Part shown: piece after piece, positions 47,786-53,554 of the stretch
Position numbering within the stretch: the stretch's first letter is position 1
Layout of the letters: every line of letters starts with the position of its first letter
DNA from: an uncultured Bacteroidia bacterium
GTDB lineage: Bacteria > Bacteroidota > Bacteroidia > Bacteroidales > UBA932
Direction: 5' to 3'
DNA length: 53,554 bases
Assembly (NCBI GenBank): GCA_902794615.1
Contig: CADBHY010000001.1
Coordinates: forward strand, 1-53,554
The notes under the pieces: generated by a model
Databases searched by the model: none
What the model was told of the DNA's origin: nothing
The model's input: only the letters and a program-made list of their open reading frames with translations
Program-made: the position numbers and the translations under genes

Positions 47786-50700
47786 ATGAGTTTCGTTCAC
47801 CTCCATGTCCACACCCAGTACTCCATCCTGGACGGACTTTCTTCCATAGAGCAGCTTTTCAACCGGGCCGATGAGCTGGGCATGCCTGCCATAGCCATCA
47901 CGGACCACGGCAACATGTACGGCGTAAAAGAGTTCTTCAAATACGCCAAGAAACACCCCAACGTGAAGCCCATCATCGGCTGTGAGATTTACGTTTCCAA
48001 AGGAGACCACCGGGTGCGGGAGAAGGGCTATTATCACCTAATTCTGCTGGCCAAGAACTACCAGGGATACCTGAACCTGGTGAAGATTGTCTCGGAAGCC
48101 CACATCAACGGGATGTACTATCGGCCCCGCGTAAGCCACGAGGTCATTGAGAAGTACCACGAGGGGCTCATCTGCTCATCGGCCTGTATGGCGGGAGAAG
48201 TGCCCCGGGCCATCCTGGCGCATGACGACGCCGCTGTGGAAAAGGCCATCGAATGGCACAAGCGGGTGTTCGGGGAGGACTACTATCTGGAGGTGATGAA
48301 GCACCGCACGGAGGTTCCGGGCCTGGACAACGAACTGTACAAGCAACAGTGCTACTATACGGAGGAAATCTTCAAGCTGGCCGACAAACACGGCATCAAG
48401 GTGATAGCCACCAACGACGCCCATTTTGTGCGCAAGGAAGACGGCCCCGTGCACGACCGTCTCATCTGCCTGAACACCAACGCCGATATCGACGACCCGG
48501 ACCGCCTGCGCTACACCCAGCAGGAGTACATCAAGACGGAGGAGGAGATGCTTGCGCTGTTCCCGGACCATCCGGAATGCATTGAAAACACCCTGGAAGT
48601 GGCCTCCAAGATAGAAAGCTACTCCATCGACCGGGACCCAGTGCTGCCTGTCTATGAGATAGACCCCGCCTTCATGGCCGATATTGACAAGTACCTGGAA
48701 AAGTACAGGGAGGTGATAGATGCAGGCCGGTGCGACAAGCACGGCACCTACCGCGGAGACGCTTTCTGCCACTCCGTGGCCTACCTGTGCCACCTCACCT
48801 ACCAGGGTGCGCACATGCGCTACGGGGAAAGCCTTACGCCGGAGCAGGAAGAGCGCATAGACTTTGAGCTCAAGACCATCTGCCGCATGGGCTACCCGGA
48901 CTATTTCCTCATTGTGCAGGACTATATTGCGGCCTCCCGCGCCATGGGCTCCATGGTGGGTCCGGGCCGAGGCAGCGCCGCCGGGTCGGTGGTGGCCTAC
49001 TGCCTCAAAATCACCAATCTGGACCCCATCAAGTACCAGCTCCTGTTCGAGCGTTTCCTCAACCCGGACCGCATTTCCCTGCCCGATATCGACGTGGATT
49101 TCGAGGACCTTACCAAGGCCCACGATTACGTGGAAAAGAAGTACGGGGCCTCGCATGTGTCCCGCGTGATAACCTTCGGCACCATGGCCGCCAAGAGCGC
49201 CATCAAGGACGTGGCCCGCATCAGCCGGGTAAGCATAGACGAGAGCAACCGCCTGTCCAAGATGATTCCGGACCGCCTGCAGAACGAAAAGGGAGAGGAT
49301 GTAAAGATTACCCTCAAAAACTGCCTCAAGTATGTCCCGGAAATGAAGAAGGAGCTGGAAAGCGGCCCCGAAATCAACCGGGAGGTGCTCAAATATGCGG
49401 CTGCACTGGAAGGGACGGTGCGGCAGGTGGGCATGCACGCCTGCGCCACCATTATCGGCCGGGGAGACCTCACGGACTACCTTCCCATCTGCCTGTCGAA
49501 GGACAAGGAAACCGGGCTGGACGTGCATACGTCCCAGTATGACGGCCATTATATCGAAGAGGTGGGCATGCTCAAGATGGACTTCCTGGGCTTGATAACG
49601 CTCCAGATTATCCACAACTGCCTGGACCTTATCAAAGAGCACCACGGAGAAGAGATAGACATTGAGGCCATTCCCATTGACGATAAGCCCACTTACGAGC
49701 TGTACGGCCGGGGAGACACCACCGCCGTGTTCCAGTTCGAATCCGAGGGCATGAAAACCTGGCTGCAGAAGTTGCGCCCTTCCCGTTTCGAGGACCTCAT
49801 TGCCATGAACGCCCTCTATCGGCCCGGGCCGATGGATTATATTCCGGACTTTGTGGCCCGCAAACTGGGAGAACAGGCCATCGAATACGACCTTCCGGAG
49901 ATGGAGGAGTTCCTGCAGGACACCTACGGCGTAACCGTGTACCAGGAGCAGGTGATGCTTTTGTCACAAAAGCTGGCCGGTTTCACCAAGGGCGAGGCCG
50001 ACAAGCTGCGCAAGGCCATGGGAAAGAAGCAGATAGACATCCTGAACTCCCTGAAAGACAAGTTCATGAGCGGCGGAACGGCCAAAGGGCATCCGGAGGC
50101 CGTTTTAGACAAGATTTGGAAAGACTGGGAAAAGTTTGCCCAATACGCCTTCAACAAGTCCCACGCCACCTGCTATGCCTGGGTGAGCTACCAGACCGGC
50201 TGGCTCAAGTGCCACTATCCGTCCGAGTTTTTCGCCTCCTGCCTGGACTGCGCCAAGAGCATGGACGAAATCATCAAAATCATGGACGACTGCAAAAGCC
50301 ACGGTATCAAGGTGCTGAGTCCGGATGTAAACGAAAGTGCCGGTCACTTTACCGTGAACAAGAACGGAGACGTGCGTTTTTCCCTGGGCTCCATCAAGGG
50401 CTTCGGCGGCAACGTGGTGGAAGCCATCATGAAAGAGCGGGAAGAAAACGGCCTCTTTACGGACGTCTATGACTTTGTGGAACGCATGGCCGGCAGCGTG
50501 AACCGCAAGAGTTTCGAGAACCTGGTGAATGCCGGCGCCCTGGACAGCCTGGGCCACAAGCGCAGCCTGTATTTCCAGCCGGGAAGGGGCGGAGAGTTCT
50601 TCATCGACCAACTTGTCCGGTACGGGGAGCTCTTCAAGCAGGACAGCCTCTCGGGCGGCGTCTCCCTGTTCGGAGACATGGAAGAAATGAAGCCGGAGCG

Positions 50701-51427
50701 CCCGCCCATGCCGGATTACGAGGGAGAGATGGACATCCTGGACATGCTGCAGAAGGAAAAGGAACTGGTGGGCATGTACCTGAGCTCCCACCCGCTGGAC
50801 CGTTACCGCTTCGAGATAGACAATTTCTGCAACTGCAAACTGAATAACCTGGGCCTCCTTGTGGCCGATTGTGAAAGCAAGAAGCAGACGGCCAAGGTAT
50901 ATGCGGCCGGTATCGTGACGGATTTCAAGCAGCTTACCACCAAAACCGGCAAGCCCTACTCCCGTACCACGCTGGAAGATTACAGCGGCTCTTACGAGCT
51001 CACGCTCTTCGGCAAGGACCATGAGGCGTTCATGCAATACATGACCCCGCATGCAACGCTGTTTTTAGAGGGCGTAGTGGAAGAAAAATTCTTCGTTAAG
51101 CCCGAAGAGCGTGCGCAGGGAAAAACGTCGCCATACGCCTTCAAACTGCGCAAAGTGACGCTGCTGGGAAACATTTCCGACGACATCCTCACCGGATTCT
51201 GCATGGACATCACCACGCCCATGCTCACCCAGCAGTTCCGCAAAGACCTGGTGACCGTGGTCAAGAAGCACAAGGGCAACATTCCCCTTACGCTCTACCT
51301 CTACGACCCCGTAACCCGCTACCGCATCCAGTTCTATTCCAAGAAATTCCAGATTGCCGTCACCTCTGACTTCCTTCAGGACCTTCACCGGATTGGGGTG
51401 GACAAATACGAAGTGATGAGAAAATAA
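47786..51427 (+). CDS. dnaE: DNA polymerase III alpha subunit
   Basis: FVHLHVHTQYSILDG (PHP domain), GPGRGSAAGS, PDIDVDF, YAFNKSH. Confidence 0.98.
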   Translation: MSFVHLHVHTQYSILDGLSSIEQLFNRADELGMPAIAITDHGNMYGVKEFFKYAKKHPNVKPIIGCEIYVSKGDHRVREKGYYHLILLAKNYQGYLNLVKIVSEAHINGMYYRPRVSHEVIEKYHEGLICSSACMAGEVPRAILAHDDAAVEKAIEWHKRVFGEDYYLEVMKHRTEVPGLDNELYKQQCYYTEEIFKLADKHGIKVIATNDAHFVRKEDGPVHDRLICLNTNADIDDPDRLRYTQQEYIKTEEEMLALFPDHPECIENTLEVASKIESYSIDRDPVLPVYEIDPAFMADIDKYLEKYREVIDAGRCDKHGTYRGDAFCHSVAYLCHLTYQGAHMRYGESLTPEQEERIDFELKTICRMGYPDYFLIVQDYIAASRAMGSMVGPGRGSAAGSVVAYCLKITNLDPIKYQLLFERFLNPDRISLPDIDVDFEDLTKAHDYVEKKYGASHVSRVITFGTMAAKSAIKDVARISRVSIDESNRLSKMIPDRLQNEKGEDVKITLKNCLKYVPEMKKELESGPEINREVLKYAAALEGTVRQVGMHACATIIGRGDLTDYLPICLSKDKETGLDVHTSQYDGHYIEEVGMLKMDFLGLITLQIIHNCLDLIKEHHGEEIDIEAIPIDDKPTYELYGRGDTTAVFQFESEGMKTWLQKLRPSRFEDLIAMNALYRPGPMDYIPDFVARKLGEQAIEYDLPEMEEFLQDTYGVTVYQEQVMLLSQKLAGFTKGEADKLRKAMGKKQIDILNSLKDKFMSGGTAKGHPEAVLDKIWKDWEKFAQYAFNKSHATCYAWVSYQTGWLKCHYPSEFFASCLDCAKSMDEIIKIMDDCKSHGIKVLSPDVNESAGHFTVNKNGDVRFSLGSIKGFGGNVVEAIMKEREENGLFTDVYDFVERMAGSVNRKSFENLVNAGALDSLGHKRSLYFQPGRGGEFFIDQLVRYGELFKQDSLSGGVSLFGDMEEMKPERPPMPDYEGEMDILDMLQKEKELVGMYLSSHPLDRYRFEIDNFCNCKLNNLGLLVADCESKKQTAKVYAAGIVTDFKQLTTKTGKPYSRTTLEDYSGSYELTLFGKDHEAFMQYMTPHATLFLEGVVEEKFFVKPEERAQGKTSPYAFKLRKVTLLGNISDDILTGFCMDITTPMLTQQFRKDLVTVVKKHKGNIPLTLYLYDPVTRYRIQFYSKKFQIAVTSDFLQDLHRIGVDKYEVMRK

Positions 51428-51430
51428 GAT

Positions 51431-51715
51431 ATGAATGGCCGCGTTCATATCCTCCTCGGTCTTTCCCTGGCCCTTGCCTCCTGTCACCCAGGAGCAAGGA
51501 GAACCCTGACACAAGCCCAAGCTTTGTTGCAGGATAGACCGGACAGCGCACTTACCCTGCTGCAAACATTGTCCGAAGACTCTCTCAAGGACAAGGAGAG
51601 AGCAAAATATGCATTGTCTTACATAACAGAACTGTACCATGAATGCACGTCGCCTCTTTTTTGTGTTGAGCCTATTGCTACTTTGTCACGCGCTGTCTGC
51701 ACAGATTCGGGTTGA
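51431..51715 (+). pseudogene. Truncated N-terminus of a TPR-type lipoprotein/regulator
   Basis: Lipobox LASC then RPDSAL..L...ERAKYAL, typical of much longer Bacteroidales proteins; breaks off after ~64 aa and runs out of frame into the next gene. Confidence 0.55.
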
Positions 51716-52184
51716 GCCCTCGATCGGTGCTTCCTTTCCCTTGAACGGCGCTTCGGGAACAAGACTTCCCTTCCCGTCCGTTGTTTGCGGGGTTAAATAT
51801 TATCCATCCAGCCGGCCCTTTTCCTTCGGTGTGGAAGGAGCCATGAACATTGCATATAGGAGAGAGGGTGCAACGAGAGAAAATGGAGTGGCTGAAGACT
51901 GGGCGCTAAGAAACCTATCCCTGCTGGCCGTTGTCGACTGGCATTTCTACACGAACCAAAACATCCGGTTGTTTCTGGGCTGCGGTGCCGGTCTGGCTCA
52001 TCGGCATCAGACACTTCCCGGTTTCAACACATACGATGCACCCGCCTTGGGCATATGCTGCTCTCCAAGGGTCGGTATCTATCTCAAAAACAGGTTGTTC
52101 TTTGCCTTGAATGCCTATGTGACGGAAAAAAACTTCAACACCATCGGCCTTCAGATTGGCTATTCCATCGGAAAAAAGAAGTAA
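51639..52184 (+). CDS. Small outer membrane beta-barrel protein
   Basis: Signal peptide, amphipathic strands, FLGCGAG, SPRVG, IGYSI terminus. Confidence 0.75.
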   Translation: MNARRLFFVLSLLLLCHALSAQIRVEPSIGASFPLNGASGTRLPFPSVVCGVKYYPSSRPFSFGVEGAMNIAYRREGATRENGVAEDWALRNLSLLAVVDWHFYTNQNIRLFLGCGAGLAHRHQTLPGFNTYDAPALGICCSPRVGIYLKNRLFFALNAYVTEKNFNTIGLQIGYSIGKKK

Positions 52185-52474
52185 GAAACACAAGTGGATT
52201 TTTCCGTCACCTCCACGCAAATACGAAGTGATGAGAAAATAAGCCACCCATTACACGTTTTAAGCCTTTAGCGTGTAACAAGTGGCATAATGAAACCACC
52301 CGCTACGCATTTTGTGACAGTAATGCGTAACGGGTGGCTTTGTTGGGCCCAGACAAGTTGTAAGAGCCTTGGACATTCCATTCGTCTTCTATCCCCACCT
52401 TGCCTTGGTTGTTGATGATGGCGGGATGACGGCGGAGGACTTCCTGAGCATTGACCCCATGGCGTTATTCAAGT

Positions 52475-52504
52475 AAAAAACCGCGGCCCCTCAAAGGTCG
52501 CGGT
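52475..52504 (-). terminator. Terminator identical to 47742-47771 in inverted orientation
   Basis: aaaaaaccgcggcccctcaaaggtcgcggt; lies just after the stop of 52523-53071. Confidence 0.8.
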
Positions 52505-52522
52505 TTATTGTGCCGCGGGGTA

Positions 52523-53071
52523 TTAAAAAATATAACCAACTCGCAAGAACAAGTTACGATTTGCATGATCCTCAAAAATATAGCCTAAACTTACCCGAAA
52601 ATGGTTGATGAACTCCAGACCCACCCGAGGCATAAAACAAAGGGGCGCCTTTTGGTTTTGACTCCAAACATATGTCCCTTCCCCTTTATATTCAACATCT
52701 TGAAGGTTGTCAAAAAAACCTATTCCTGCCCCGAAACCGACAAAGGCATTGAACCATCCGTGGTTATAGAAATAATAGTCTGCTACCACCATGATATTTT
52801 TTGAAAGGTAATCAAGGCCTTCTCCTTTGTTGAACTTCCTTGAAAAAATCTGGGCAGATGCAGACAGGCCGAAATCCAGAGGGATCTGTTTTAAATTATA
52901 TCGAACTTCACCATAGAGTACACCGCCGGGATATACGGTGTTAAAGTCCTCCTTATCAAAAGAATACAATACTCCGGCCCCCAATTCAACCGACACAACC
53001 CGTCTTTTATTCTGAGAAGAACCCTCGATGCTGAAGAATGACAGAAGAAGAAGTATTACAATCTTTTTCAT
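52523..53071 (-). CDS. Small outer membrane beta-barrel protein, homologous to 51639-52184
   Basis: Signal peptide, FVGFGAG, MPRVG, VGYIF terminus; AT-rich. Confidence 0.8.
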   Translation of the reverse strand: MKKIVILLLLSFFSIEGSSQNKRRVVSVELGAGVLYSFDKEDFNTVYPGGVLYGEVRYNLKQIPLDFGLSASAQIFSRKFNKGEGLDYLSKNIMVVADYYFYNHGWFNAFVGFGAGIGFFDNLQDVEYKGEGTYVWSQNQKAPLCFMPRVGLEFINHFRVSLGYIFEDHANRNLFLRVGYIF

Positions 53072-53554
53072 TTACTCGCAGGTTTATAGATTGACATTGC
53101 GCCTATTTTTCCATCGTATCTAACGGCAGCACGCACCTCACCGGAATGAAGCCTTGTATTAGGAAGACTATACGTTGTCTTCGCAATGGACGCCACCCAC
53201 GGCACCCAGTCGGAGGGCAAATTTAATAAATCCAGCGTTATTCCCAAAGAGAGTTCCTTGTAAAATACGTTGTTCGAGCTTGAAGTGTTATACTCGGATT
53301 TTCCGCCCGGAAGGTGTATAGTATAATACTTGCTTGGAGCAACAACGACAAGTTTGTCTGCGGAGGCCACGCTTGCCCCAGTTTTATTTTTAATTAAAGT
53401 CAGGAGCGACTGGAGGCCTTTCCCGATAGCCTGCATAATGGCCTGGTCTGTTAACTCTAATCCAAAAACATATGCGACGACCTCTCCCTTTCCTGTATAG
53501 TTGTTTTTTCCTGTTGTCGTAATAGTTGCGGCTCGAAGTTTTGTGGGATACTCA
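53068..53554 (-). CDS. Hypothetical protein, 5'-partial
   Basis: The frame stays open upstream of the Met at 53436 to the window end (EYPTKLRAATITTTGKNNY...); overlaps the next gene's start. Confidence 0.65.
   Translation of the reverse strand, partial: EYPTKLRAATITTTGKNNYTGKGEVVAYVFGLELTDQAIMQAIGKGLQSLLTLIKNKTGASVASADKLVVVAPSKYYTIHLPGGKSEYNTSSSNNVFYKELSLGITLDLLNLPSDWVPWVASIAKTTYSLPNTRLHSGEVRAAVRYDGKIGAMSIYKPASK

Larger units (their letters stand above)
51403..52243 (+). repeat. 26-bp direct repeat of the dnaE 3' end (51403-51428 and 52218-52243)
   Basis: caaatacgaagtgatgagaaaataag occurs twice and includes the dnaE stop codon. Confidence 0.9.

Noticed and set aside
34448-51052. Long antisense ORFs (34448-36313, 40122-42563, 43027-44541, 48176-49645, 50105-51052)
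   Set aside because: Each lies opposite a well-supported gene and has no motifs.
1-53554. CRISPR arrays, tRNA or rRNA genes
   Set aside because: No regularly spaced repeat-spacer array or RNA gene signature seen by eye; small ncRNAs cannot be excluded without a covariance search.

Overview
Chromosomal segment of an anaerobic Bacteroidales bacterium, probably near the origin (two parS sites at mnmG). 1-18.2 kb is accessory: two divergent SusC/SusD (RagA/RagB-like) loci without CAZymes flank a ~2.1-kb segment carrying an Mpi-family serine invertase and an Rpn nuclease gene. Inverted repeats bracket that segment, including AAACG-TC-CGTTT / AAACG-GA-CGTTT, which look like invertase crossover sites. 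The best candidate for a new system is therefore a self-encoded DNA switch that turns one promoter between two SusCD transporters. Duplicated Rpn and S41 peptidase genes and an frdB/sdhB 3' scar follow. 18.2-29 kb holds hflX and a C-A-T-C-A-T-R NRPS, divergent from a Cache-PP2C-kinase sensor and a STAS protein. The rest is mostly housekeeping (ybeY, mnmG, ruvA, sufS/E/T, folK, GlyRS, tonB, dnaE), plus a TonB-dependent uptake operon, a catalytically degenerate ThiL homologue and a small insertion at the dnaE 3' end. All calls were made by eye from motifs; no searches were run.
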